Below are positions 39,466 to 49,021 of a stretch of 64,000 nucleotides of DNA, in pieces; position 1 is the stretch's first letter, and every line of letters begins with the position of its first letter. Source of the stretch: an uncultured delta proteobacterium (GTDB taxonomy: Bacteria; Desulfobacterota; Binatia; UBA9968); the NCBI GenBank assembly GCA_963816145.1, contig CAWFJP010000005.1, positions 192,001 to 256,000 of the forward strand, read 5' to 3'. The notes under the pieces were generated by a model that searched no databases, was not told the origin of the DNA, and saw only the letters and a list, made by a program, of their open reading frames with translations. Position numbers and translations under genes: made by a program.

Positions 39466-40245
39466 ATGGTTCGGCGCGAGAAAGCTAATTATGTGATTCA
39501 GTCGGTATCCCATGCTCTAGATGTTTTGGAGCAGTTCAGCGGTAACGTCGACGAGATCGGTGTCACCGAACTGAGCAAGCGTTTGAAGCTCCACAAGAAT
39601 AACGTGTTTCGCTTGCTCGCCACCCTCGAAGCGCGCGGCTATATCGAGCAAAACAAGTCTTCGGAAAACTACCGGCTGGGGCTCAAGTGTCTGCAAATCG
39701 GCCAGACCTACATCCACCAGATGGGCTTGCTGATGCAGTCCCGCTCGATCTTGGAATCCCTGGCGAAATCGACTAGGGAAAGCGTTTATGTCGGTATCCG
39801 CAAGGGTGGGTTCGTTATGCCGCTCGATTTTGTCGAGCCGCAGCGCGCCGTGCGGGTAGTGTCGTTCTTGGGAACGGCGTTGCCGGCCCATTGCACAGCG
39901 GCGGGAAAGATTCACTTGGCCTTCGAAGCTGACGGGGGCCTGCGTCAGACCCTCGCCGAACGTCTCGAACGTTTCACCGACAAGACGATCGTCGAGCGCG
40001 GCGCCTTGGACGCGCATATCGGTCAGATCGCCACGACCGGTTATGCCGTCGAAAAAGGGGAGTTTACTGACGAGGTGAATTCGGTGGCGGTGCCGATTCG
40101 CGACTATACGCGGACACTTGTCGGCACGTTGGCGGTGGTGGGGCCCAGCCAGCGTTTGACCGACGAAGCGATCGACCGCGATATCGTGCCGAGCTTGTTG
40201 CGCGCCGGCGATGAGCTGTCGCGCCGCTTGGGGTTTGCCGCTTAG
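39466..40245 (+). CDS. IclR family transcriptional regulator
   Basis: QSVSHALDVLE HTH, PAHCTAAGK and SVAVPI motifs; GGAGG RBS. Confidence 0.95.
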   Translation: MVRREKANYVIQSVSHALDVLEQFSGNVDEIGVTELSKRLKLHKNNVFRLLATLEARGYIEQNKSSENYRLGLKCLQIGQTYIHQMGLLMQSRSILESLAKSTRESVYVGIRKGGFVMPLDFVEPQRAVRVVSFLGTALPAHCTAAGKIHLAFEADGGLRQTLAERLERFTDKTIVERGALDAHIGQIATTGYAVEKGEFTDEVNSVAVPIRDYTRTLVGTLAVVGPSQRLTDEAIDRDIVPSLLRAGDELSRRLGFAA

Positions 40246-40370
40246 CCGCCACAGTATCGCTTCGGCATGGCGCCGGCGCCGCAAGGGCGGTGCTCGGTTT
40301 GTATCGCATCAATGGAGTGGAGGGGCGGCGGGGGATTTGCCGCGCTAGTGATAATTTCTCGCCCAATATT

Positions 40371-40399
40371 TTGACAATCTCCGGCAGTCAACGTTAAGT
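40371..40399 (+). promoter_or_regulatory. Possible sigma70 promoter overlapped by a TTGAC-N11-GTCAA dyad
   Basis: TTGACA at 40371-40376, weak -10 17-18 nt downstream, inverted GTCAA at 40387-40391. Confidence 0.3.
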
Positions 40400-40430
40400 A
40401 GGAATTGAAACGGAGGGCGGTTACACCGCG

Positions 40431-42428
40431 ATGTTGACGACACTCGAAAAGATCTTGTTTGTTCTGCTTGCCGCCGGCTCGCTGTATTATGGCGGCGCGA
40501 GGCTTTACGACGTTTACCGGGCCATCGCCCGGGGTAAGCCGGATGTTCGCTTTGACCATCTGGCGGATCGGATTCGCCGCGCGCTGTGGATCGTCTTGAC
40601 CCAGCAGAGCGTGTTCAAGAAACGGCCGGTGGTGTCGTTTCTCCACGCGCTGATTTTTTACGGCTTCATTTTTTATTTCCTGGTTAATCTTGTCGATGTT
40701 CTCGAAGGTTTCTTCGGTCTGCATGCGCGAGACGGATTGTGGAACCTTTTCAATATCGCCGGCGATCTTTTGACTGCCTCCGTACTCACGGGCATTGTCG
40801 GCATGCTGATTCGCCGTTGGCTGGTCAAGCCGCAGGATTTCGCCTTCGCTGAGAATACTCCGGTGCAGCCGGAGGTCCGGGGCGGCATCTTTCGCGACTC
40901 GACTTTTGTCGCCTGTTTCATCCTATTCCATGTCGGTTGCCGGCTGCTGTTCAAGGCGACTCAACTTGCCCAGCAAGGCAGCGACGCATTTCAACCGGTG
41001 AGTTCGCTGTTTGCCGGACTCTTTGCCGGTCTTGCTCCCGGCGCGCTGGAGTTTCTTAATCATTTCTACTGGTGGGGTGCCCTCGGTTCGATCTTGCTAT
41101 TCATTCCGTACTTCCCGCGCTCGAAGCATATCCATATTTTTCTGGCGCCGGTGAATTTGGCTTTGAAAAAAGACCAGCCCGGCGTGCTGCAACCGATGGA
41201 CTTCGAGAAAGAGGAAACCTTCGGTGCGGCGAAGCTGGAGGATTTCACCTGGCCGCGTCTGTTGGATTCCTACAGCTGCATCATGTGCAACCGCTGCCAG
41301 GATGTCTGCCCGGCGTCCAATACCGGCAAGGCGCTCAGCCCGGCCGCGATTCTCATCAACGAGCGCTTTGAGCTCAACAAGATTTTCCCAAATTTCTCTC
41401 ACGGCCAGGAGAGTCCGCGGCCGCTGCTCGACTTCGCTCTCAATGAAGAATCGGCTTGGGCCTGCACCACCTGTAACGCCTGCATTGAAGTCTGTCCGGT
41501 GGGCAATGAGCAGATGCTGCATATCATCGACGTGCGCCGCGAGCGAGTTTTAGGCGCGGCGGAGTTTCCCAAAGGACTGCAAAACACGTTTAATCACATG
41601 GAACGCGCCGGCAACCCTTTTGGCATGGCTGCGGACGAGCGCGTCGCCTGGACCAAAGGGCTGCCGTTTGCCGTGCCGACGTTGGCCGACAAGCCCGACC
41701 CGGAAGTGCTCTACTGGGTCGGTTGCGCCGTGGCCTTCGATCCGCGGGCGCAGAAGATCGCCCAGAGTATGGCAATGATATTCAACGCCGCCGGACTGAA
41801 CTGGGCGGTGCTCGGCAAAGACGAAAAATGCACCGGCGATACGGCGCGGCGCGCCGGCAACGAATATTTATTCGTCCAAATGGCCGAAGAAAATATCGGC
41901 GCATTGAATCAGATCAAAGCCAAAACCATCGTCACCACTTGTCCGCATTGCTTTCACACAGTCGCCAACGAATATCCGCAGTTTGGCGGTAACTATGTAG
42001 TTAAGCATCACAGCGATTTCATCGATGAGCTGGTCAAAAGCGGCAAGCTGAAACTCTCGATCGATGGCAACGGTTCGGTGACGTACCACGATCCCTGTTA
42101 TCTCGGTCGGCACAACGGTATCTTCGATCAGCCGCGCGGTCTGATCGAGTCCACCGGCGCCAAGTTGACCGAGCCCAGCCGCAGCGGTAGCAACAGCTTT
42201 TGCTGCGGCGCCGGCGGCGGCCAGTTCTGGAAAGAAGAAGAAAAAGGCAGAGAGCGGGTCAGCACCAACCGCTATCGTGAGTTGAAACAGACCGGCGCCA
42301 AAACCGTTGCTACCGGTTGCCCGTTTTGCATGCGCATGCTCACCGAAGAGACTGCGAAGGAAGAGCCGGAAACCGCCATGGAGGTTTTGGATGTGGCCGA
42401 GATCGTCGCCCGCAGCCTGAGCAAGTAA
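40431..42428 (+). CDS. Membrane Fe-S oxidoreductase, HdrF/FadF-like (TM domain, two 4Fe-4S motifs, CCG domains)
   Basis: CIMCNRCQDVCP, CTTCNACIEVCP, YHDPCYLGR, CCGAGGG and CPFC. Confidence 0.93.
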   Translation: MLTTLEKILFVLLAAGSLYYGGARLYDVYRAIARGKPDVRFDHLADRIRRALWIVLTQQSVFKKRPVVSFLHALIFYGFIFYFLVNLVDVLEGFFGLHARDGLWNLFNIAGDLLTASVLTGIVGMLIRRWLVKPQDFAFAENTPVQPEVRGGIFRDSTFVACFILFHVGCRLLFKATQLAQQGSDAFQPVSSLFAGLFAGLAPGALEFLNHFYWWGALGSILLFIPYFPRSKHIHIFLAPVNLALKKDQPGVLQPMDFEKEETFGAAKLEDFTWPRLLDSYSCIMCNRCQDVCPASNTGKALSPAAILINERFELNKIFPNFSHGQESPRPLLDFALNEESAWACTTCNACIEVCPVGNEQMLHIIDVRRERVLGAAEFPKGLQNTFNHMERAGNPFGMAADERVAWTKGLPFAVPTLADKPDPEVLYWVGCAVAFDPRAQKIAQSMAMIFNAAGLNWAVLGKDEKCTGDTARRAGNEYLFVQMAEENIGALNQIKAKTIVTTCPHCFHTVANEYPQFGGNYVVKHHSDFIDELVKSGKLKLSIDGNGSVTYHDPCYLGRHNGIFDQPRGLIESTGAKLTEPSRSGSNSFCCGAGGGQFWKEEEKGRERVSTNRYRELKQTGAKTVATGCPFCMRMLTEETAKEEPETAMEVLDVAEIVARSLSK

Positions 42429-42429
42429 T

Positions 42430-42891
42430 ATGCGCAACTATGGCGGTGTCTTGGCGGTTTTTGTCTGGCTCTTGGTATTCGCAGTATCCGCCTGCGATGC
42501 CCAACCCAAAGTGACGATCACCACGAAAGACGGCCGCCAGGTCGGCTTTCAGGTGGAAGTTGCCGATACTCCGGGCAAGCGAGAGATGGGCTTGATGTAC
42601 CGTACTGAACTGGCCAACGATCGTGGCATGATCTTTCTTTTTCCCAGCGAGTCGCAGCAGTCGTTCTGGATGAAGAACACGCCGCGCTCGCTGGACATGA
42701 TCTTCATCGGCAGTGACCGCAAGATTGTCGGCATCGTCGAGCAAGCCACGCCATTTTCCCTTGACCCGCGATCCGTCGACGGGAAGAGTCGATTCGTTTT
42801 TGAGATCAACGGCGGTTTGTCGAAGCGGCATGGCTTTGCCGCCGGCGACTCGGTGCAGTTCGACGGCTTCAATGCCGCCGTCAGCCAATAA
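42430..42891 (+). CDS. DUF192 domain protein, exported
   Basis: VEVADT..R..GLMYR, GMIF, FWMKNT and LDMIF. Confidence 0.92.
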   Translation: MRNYGGVLAVFVWLLVFAVSACDAQPKVTITTKDGRQVGFQVEVADTPGKREMGLMYRTELANDRGMIFLFPSESQQSFWMKNTPRSLDMIFIGSDRKIVGIVEQATPFSLDPRSVDGKSRFVFEINGGLSKRHGFAAGDSVQFDGFNAAVSQ

Positions 42892-42942
42892 GTATATTCC
42901 GGCTCTTGTGTGGATTACTCCGCCGCTACGCTTTAATTCTAC

Positions 42943-43022
42943 TCACCACGAAGGCACGAAGAGCACGAAGCTCGGCTGGTAAATTGTCCGAACCCTTCGT
43001 GTCCTTCGCGTCTTCGTGGTGA
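42943..43022. repeat. caccacgaaggcacgaag / cttcgtggtg palindromic repeat
   Basis: Same family as 27269-27346. Confidence 0.85.
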
Positions 43023-43055
43023 ACAATCAGCCTCACGAAACTCACAAGAAGCAAC

Positions 43056-43093
43056 AAAAAAGGGACCGAAGGCCGCAGCCTTCGATCCCCTTT
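43056..43093 (-). terminator. Rho-independent terminator (possibly bidirectional)
   Basis: Minus strand aaaggggatcgaaggc-tgcg-gccttcggtccc-tttttt. Confidence 0.8.
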
Positions 43094-43113
43094 CGCTGCC
43101 AACAACTTTGCTC

Positions 43114-44181
43114 TTAGATCTCGCTAAAAAAGTACGGCCGCACCGGTGCCAATTTCTCCTCGTAGGAGTCGGGGTACAGAAACCACAATGAAGCGGCGAT
43201 ACTGCTCAACAGCGAATTGCCATCCTGCGGCGTGAAGCAGGTACCGATCACTTCCTTGTCGTTATGGATCGCCAGGCTCTGGGCGACGACCACCGTCTGG
43301 TTTAGAATCCGGCCGAACAGGCCATGGTCGCGGCCGAAGGAAAAGACCGAAGCCGACGACGCCTTGTTGGTCATCGCCACTCGGCGCACCGAGCGGAACC
43401 GGCGCATTAGTTCGTCCATGTCGATGGCGCGGCGCAGCCGCAAGTTAAAATGAATCGTGTGCATGTACTGGGTGTTGAGCTTCAAAGCCGAGGAGAAAAT
43501 ATTCAAATCCAACCCCATGGTCTTGAATAACGCGTGGGCGTCATGTCCCTGATGGGTGCCGAAGTGTGGATCGTCATGTTTGCCCGCTTCGGGCGCCGGA
43601 ATGAAATCGCCTTCTTGGCTTAAGTCGTTGGCGCGCCGCATGCACACGAAGCGGCTCTCGGCCAGGTTGTCTTCCTTCTCTGGTCCCAACGCGATGGTGT
43701 CGATTAGCACTGCTAAGTTGTGGGTATTGCAGCTAACGACCTGGATGAACTGGTCTTGGCCTTTGGCCAATGCCTTGTCGTTGATGCCGCGCGCGTATTT
43801 CTTGCCGAAGCCATCTTCGCTGCCCTGGGCGATAAAGCCGCGGCCATTGTTGGCGTACTTGTTATACAGTTTTTCCTTATTCTGATTCCCCACTGGGGTG
43901 CAATCGATAACCACACTGGCGCGCTCGATCGCTTCCTCCGCTTCGAGAGTCGGCGTCATGCCCATGTCGACAAATTTCTGCCAGCGATCCTTGTCGACAG
44001 CGAGTTTGGCGCCCTTGTCACACGACACCAATACTTTCGAACGGTCGGTCAGCAACGGTGTGCGTTTATGAAAGGTCACTTCGTCGATGCCAAATTGCTC
44101 CTTAAAGGTGGAGAGAATGCAGATCAGCGGTTCGCCAATGGTGCCGGTGCCGACGATGTGAACGATTTTTTTCTGTGCCAT
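43114..44181 (-). CDS. Type II (archaeal-like) glyceraldehyde-3-phosphate dehydrogenase-like protein
   Basis: GTGTIG, VIDCTP, FIAQG, VVSCNTH catalytic Cys motif, RRAND. Confidence 0.7.
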   Translation of the reverse strand: MAQKKIVHIVGTGTIGEPLICILSTFKEQFGIDEVTFHKRTPLLTDRSKVLVSCDKGAKLAVDKDRWQKFVDMGMTPTLEAEEAIERASVVIDCTPVGNQNKEKLYNKYANNGRGFIAQGSEDGFGKKYARGINDKALAKGQDQFIQVVSCNTHNLAVLIDTIALGPEKEDNLAESRFVCMRRANDLSQEGDFIPAPEAGKHDDPHFGTHQGHDAHALFKTMGLDLNIFSSALKLNTQYMHTIHFNLRLRRAIDMDELMRRFRSVRRVAMTNKASSASVFSFGRDHGLFGRILNQTVVVAQSLAIHNDKEVIGTCFTPQDGNSLLSSIAASLWFLYPDSYEEKLAPVRPYFFSEI

Positions 44182-44310
44182 GGTTCTCCACCTGTAATTT
44201 CGGATGGGCAGATACTAGCCCAACGGCGCGATGCGATCAACAGATTATTAGATGCAAGACGCTGGTTTTTAGCGGTAAATCCTCTATCTTGTGAAGTGTA
44301 AGCGAGGTGA

Positions 44311-45766
44311 ATGGCGATGGCAGACGCACCGGTTCCAGCCCGATCCTTCTTCGATCGTAACTTCGGCATCCGCAACCGTGACTTGGAGAAGGTCCTTGAT
44401 GCGGCCATGGGCAAAAAGGCCGACTATGCCGATCTGTTTTTCGAGTACCGCCGCAACGAAGGTATCAGCCTGGAAGAGGGGATGGTCAAAAACTGTTCCC
44501 AGTCGACTTCCAACGGGGTTGGCGTGCGTGTGCTTGCGGAAACAAAAACCGGTTACGCCTACACCGATGACATAACCATTGAAAATCTCGAAGTCGCCGC
44601 CCGCACGGCGCAGTACATTGCTCAGAACCGGCCGGCGCAGGTACCGGCTCAAATAGGCCAGCCGCCCGCTGCGGCCCATGATCTCTACGCCATCGCGACC
44701 CCGGTCAACGATGTTCCTTTGGACCGGAAAGTTGCGCTGCTTTACGAGATCGATAAGTTTACCCGCGGTCTCGACCCACGGGTGAAAAATGTTTTCGCTT
44801 CCATCGGCGCTGAGTACAAAGTGATTCTTGTCGCGTCATCGCAAGGCATGGTGGTCGGTGATATTCAGCCGCTGACGCGCCTGAATGTCACTTGCATTGT
44901 CGAAGAAAACGGCAACCGGCAAGTCGGCAGTTTCGGCGGCGGCGGGCGGGTGGAGTTCGGCTTCTTTGTCGACGGCTGCGATTATGAGCGCTACGCCCGC
45001 GAAGCGGTGCGCCAAGCGGTGTTGAACCTGAGCGCCGAAGACGCACCGGCGGGAACCATGGACGTGGTGCTCGGCCCCGGCTGGCCGGGGATCCTGCTGC
45101 ACGAAGCCATCGGCCATGGTCTTGAGGGCGATTTCAACCGCAAAAAAACTTCCGCTTTCAGCGACCGCATCGGCGAAAAGGTCGCGTCCGAACTTTGCAC
45201 CGTGGTGGACGACGGTACGATTCCGTCGCGCCGCGGTTCGATCAACGTCGACGACGAGGGCACGCCGACCAGCCGAACCACGCTGATCGAAAAGGGCATC
45301 CTCAAAGGCTATTTGCAGGACAAGCTCAATGCCAGCTTGATGAAGATGGCGCTCACCGGCAATGGCCGGCGCGAAAGCTACGCGCATATTCCCATGCCGC
45401 GCATGACCAACACCTTTATGCTCGCCGGCGAGTCGGTACCGGAGGATATCCTGAAAGTCAGTTAAGAAAGGCCTCTATGCGGTTTCCTTCGGCGGCGGCC
45501 AAGTTGATATTACCAGCGGCAAATTCGTTTTCTCCGCCAGCGAGGCTTACTTGATCGAAGACGGTAAGGTCACCAAGCCGGTGAAAGGCGCAACTCTGAT
45601 CGGCAACGGCCCTGACGTGTTGACCCGGGTGTCGATGGTCGGCGCGGATTTGAAGCTCGACGAAGGCGTCGGCACCTGCGGTAAGGACGGTCAGTCGGTG
45701 CCCGTCGGCGTCGGTATGCCGACGATCAAGATCGATGGATTAACAGTCGGGGGAACAAGAGCGTAA
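44311..45766 (+). CDS. tldD: TldD metalloprotease, +1 frameshift near 45455
   Basis: [25 protein letters not shown] and [15 protein letters not shown]; removing one A from ctgaaagtca restores a single ORF. Confidence 0.93.
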
Positions 45767-45768
45767 GA

Positions 45769-45918
45769 GTTCAAAACGTTCAAGCCGTTCAAATCGTTCA
45801 ACCCCCCACCTTTCTTCGAAGCCGATCCGGCAAGCCTTTCCTCCCCCGCGTCGCGGGGGAGGATTAAGGAGGGGGCTAGAACGGAGCGTAGCGGTTGAAC
45901 GGCTTGAACTGTTTGAAC
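45769..45918. repeat. Composite palindrome: gttcaa 9-mer arms enclosing a cctcccccgcgtcgcgggggagg hairpin
   Basis: Nested inverted repeats seen directly between tldD and pmbA. Confidence 0.85.
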
Positions 45919-45932
45919 GATCTGGAGAGTTC

Positions 45933-47288
45933 ATGGATAGATGTGAATTAAACCAAGATCTCGGTCGCGAGATACTCGATACCGCCAAGAAGAAGGGCGC
46001 TTCGTCCGGCGATGTCGTGATGGTCGAGGGCGATTCGTTTTTCGTCACCGTGCGCATGGGCGAGGTCGAGAAGATCAGCCAGGCCGGCGAGAAGCGGCTC
46101 GGGCTGCGCTTGTTTCTGGGCAACAGCTCGGCGTCGGCGTCGACCTCGGATATCTCGAAGAAATCGATTGAAAAACTGGTCGACGACACGGTGCAGATGG
46201 CCCGCGCCACGGCCCAGGATCCCAGCGGCGGCCTACCCGCGCCGGAGATGTTAGCGCGGGAGATTCCCGATCTCGATCTGATCGATAGCGGCGCGCGCAG
46301 TATCGCCGTCGATGACAAGATTCAGATTGCCTTGGACACCGAGAAAGCCGCGCTCTCATTCGATGCGCGCATTACCAACTCCGAAGGCGCTGAGTTTTCC
46401 AATCACTTCGGCCGCGTCATCTATGTCAGCAGTCACGGCTTTGCCGGCGAATATTCCGGCTCGACCTTCGGCCATTCGGTGGCGCCGGTGGCGAAGCAAG
46501 ATGGTTCGATGCAGCGCGATTACTGGTATTCATCCACCCGAAAGTTCGCCAATCTAGAGTCGTCCAAGCATGTTGGCGAGAAGGCTGCCCAGCGCGTGCT
46601 GCGCCGGCTCGGCGGGCGCAAGGTGAAAACCTGCGAGGTGCCGGTGGTATTCGATCCGGAAATGGCGGCTTCGCTCATCCGCAGCCTGGCGTCGGCGCTG
46701 TCCGGTTACGCGCTTTACAAAGGCGCGTCGTTCCTGGTCGGCAAGCTCGGTGAAAAGATCGGTTCGGATTTATTGACGGTGATTGACGACGGCACCATCG
46801 TCGGCGCCCATGGCTCACGACCCTTCGATGCCGAAGGGTTGCCGATCAAAAAGAAAATCGTCGTCGAAATGGGTGAGCTCAAGAGCTATCTGCTCGACAC
46901 TTACAGCGGCAAGAAGCTGGGCATGCCGTCCACCGGCAACGCCTCGCGCTCGGTGGGCGAACCCCCGGGTGTATCGCCGGCAAATTTTTATTTAACGCCC
47001 GGCAAGCAGACACCGGAACAGATCATCGGTTCAGTCAAGTCCGGTCTGTATGTCACCGAAATGATCGGTTCCGGCGTCAACATGATCACCGGCGACTATT
47101 CCCGCGGCGCTGCCGGGATGTGGATCGAAAACGGCGAACTCGCCTATCCCGTCGAGGAAATTACCGTCGCCGGCAACCTCAAAGAAATGCTGCACAACAT
47201 CGAAATGGTCGGCAACGACCTTGAATTGCGCGGACGCATCGCCGCCCCGACGATGAAGCTAGCCAAGATGACAGTGGCAGGCGAATGA
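45933..47288 (+). CDS. pmbA: PmbA/TldE partner protein
   Basis: MQRDYWY, SRPFDAEG, TGDYSRGAAG and EEITVAGNL; follows tldD. Confidence 0.93.
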   Translation: MDRCELNQDLGREILDTAKKKGASSGDVVMVEGDSFFVTVRMGEVEKISQAGEKRLGLRLFLGNSSASASTSDISKKSIEKLVDDTVQMARATAQDPSGGLPAPEMLAREIPDLDLIDSGARSIAVDDKIQIALDTEKAALSFDARITNSEGAEFSNHFGRVIYVSSHGFAGEYSGSTFGHSVAPVAKQDGSMQRDYWYSSTRKFANLESSKHVGEKAAQRVLRRLGGRKVKTCEVPVVFDPEMAASLIRSLASALSGYALYKGASFLVGKLGEKIGSDLLTVIDDGTIVGAHGSRPFDAEGLPIKKKIVVEMGELKSYLLDTYSGKKLGMPSTGNASRSVGEPPGVSPANFYLTPGKQTPEQIIGSVKSGLYVTEMIGSGVNMITGDYSRGAAGMWIENGELAYPVEEITVAGNLKEMLHNIEMVGNDLELRGRIAAPTMKLAKMTVAGE

Positions 47289-47332
47289 GGGGGGATAATC
47301 CTCAATGCAGATTTCAAAATGAAAAGTGCAAA

Positions 47333-47901
47333 ATGCAAAGTGACGGACCGGACTTGACGGAGCGATTGCTAGAGTTCAGTGCTAATGTCGTTAGGTTCAC
47401 GGCTACACTGAATAGATCAGCCACCGGTCGTCATATCGGGAATCAACTGAATGACCCTCGGCTCCAAGCCGAGGGTTTCTGTACTCGTCGACTAGAAGTC
47501 GACTCTTCCTTTCGTCATTCCGGCGTAGGCCGGAATCCAGGTTTTCTTTGGCCTGCCAACGAAACCGAAGATGGATGCCAGCCTTCGCCGGCATGACAAA
47601 TCCTCTCCTCGACTGAAGGCGAGGGATTTCAACTATCCCCGAAAGGGACATTAATGCGGGCCAGCACCTCTTGTGCGGGGCGGATTACGAGGAGGCGTGT
47701 GCGGCCGAGAGCCGCGCGGATTTTGTTCATAAAATGCAGATTGTCTTGAAGGAAATGCGTGAGTCCCGTTATTGGCTAAGGCTGATCGAAAAAGTCAGCG
47801 TATTCTCGGAAAACAACTTGCCTAGCCTGCTTCGCGTATCCGATGAGCTGGTAAAAATATTTACCAAGTCGGTTATCACCGCAAAGCGTCCCATCCGATA
47901 A
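47333..47901 (+). pseudogene. Four-helix-bundle (23S rRNA IVS / S23-like) protein interrupted by an insertion
   Basis: DLTERLLEFS...HIGNQ [insert] LMRASTS..GADYEEACAAESRADFVHKMQIVLKEMRESRYWL; flanked by inverted heptamer-like repeats 47309-47341 and 47901-47932. Confidence 0.85.
47447..47650. mobile_element. About 204-bp non-autonomous IS200/IS605-like element containing an internal REP-like doublet
   Basis: Subterminal hairpins accctcggct-cca-agccgagggt and cctcg-actgaagg-cgagg; no target duplication or terminal IR; removal joins NQ to LMRAS in frame. Confidence 0.7.
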
Positions 47902-48006
47902 TTTTGCATTTTGCACTCTGCACTTGCAATCTATATTGTGAGTTGAGACTCCCGACTCCCCTGGTTCCCACTGCTCCGCGTACCTTTTTCATTTTGAAGT
48001 TTGCCT

Positions 48007-48990
48007 TTACCGAATCACCCGGTCCGCCCGCGCAAGTACATTCGGCGGAATCGTCAGGTTGATCTGCTTGGCGGCTTTCAGATTGACGATAAACTCAAAC
48101 TTCTTCGGCTGCTCGACCGGGAGATCGGCGGGCTTGGCGCCTTTTAGAATCTTGTCGACATAGATAGCAGCACGCCGGAACAAGTCGGGAGTGTTCGTGC
48201 CGTAGTACATGAGGCCGCCGGCTTCCATATATTCCGTTTGTGCGTAAATTGCCGGGAGCCGGTGTTTTTCCGCGAGGTCGATCACCAATTTTCGCTGAGA
48301 ACTCATGACCGCGCTCTGCAGCACGAGGGCTGCCTCGGCGCGTCCTTTGATTGCAGTTTGGAATGCGGCTTCAATGTCCTTCGGATCGAGCACGTCTAGG
48401 TATTGAAACTTCACTTTCAACGCTCCTGCGGCGGCTTCCACCTCTCTTAACATTTGTACTTGGCCCAGCATAGTTGACGCGCCGAAGACCGCCACGCGGG
48501 AGAGTTTGGGAATGATCTCCTTCAAAAGCTCCAGTCGTTTTCCACTTATCTCCGGGGCGAGGGTCGACAACCCGGTAATGTTTCCGCCAGGGCGTGCTAG
48601 GCTGGCGATCACCCCGGTGGCAACTGGATCGTTATCCTGCGCCATAACAATGGGAATCGTCGAAGTTGCTTCCTTGGCGGGCCGGGTTGTTGCCGGACCC
48701 ACTGAGACGATGATGTCGACCTTGAGACGCACTAGCTCGGCCGCGAGCGAGGGCAGACGATCGAGCTTTCCTTCCGCATGTCGAACCTCAATGACAATAT
48801 TATTTCCCTCCACGTATCCAAGTTCGCGCAGACCCTGCCGGAACGCCTCGATGCGGGCGGGGCTAGTGGAAGGGGAAGTAGCATTTAGGTATCCGATTCT
48901 GGGGATCTTTGTTGGCTGTTGCGCCTCGGCGGAAGAGACAGTTACCAGCAAGACAATTGTCAGTAACAAAAATGGAAATTTACTTTTCAA
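48007..48990 (-). CDS. ABC_sub_bind family substrate-binding protein
   Basis: FRQGLRELGYVEG, SLARPGGNITG, KRLELLKE and DLPVEQPKKFE. Confidence 0.93.
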   Translation of the reverse strand: MKSKFPFLLLTIVLLVTVSSAEAQQPTKIPRIGYLNATSPSTSPARIEAFRQGLRELGYVEGNNIVIEVRHAEGKLDRLPSLAAELVRLKVDIIVSVGPATTRPAKEATSTIPIVMAQDNDPVATGVIASLARPGGNITGLSTLAPEISGKRLELLKEIIPKLSRVAVFGASTMLGQVQMLREVEAAAGALKVKFQYLDVLDPKDIEAAFQTAIKGRAEAALVLQSAVMSSQRKLVIDLAEKHRLPAIYAQTEYMEAGGLMYYGTNTPDLFRRAAIYVDKILKGAKPADLPVEQPKKFEFIVNLKAAKQINLTIPPNVLARADRVIR

Positions 48991-49021
48991 CGCCTTCCCC
49001 CTTTTAATTTTTGCTTCTGCC

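Noticed and set aside
45440-45470. Programmed frameshift in tldD
   Set aside because: No slippery heptamer; matches the pattern of single-base homopolymer indels seen elsewhere in the window
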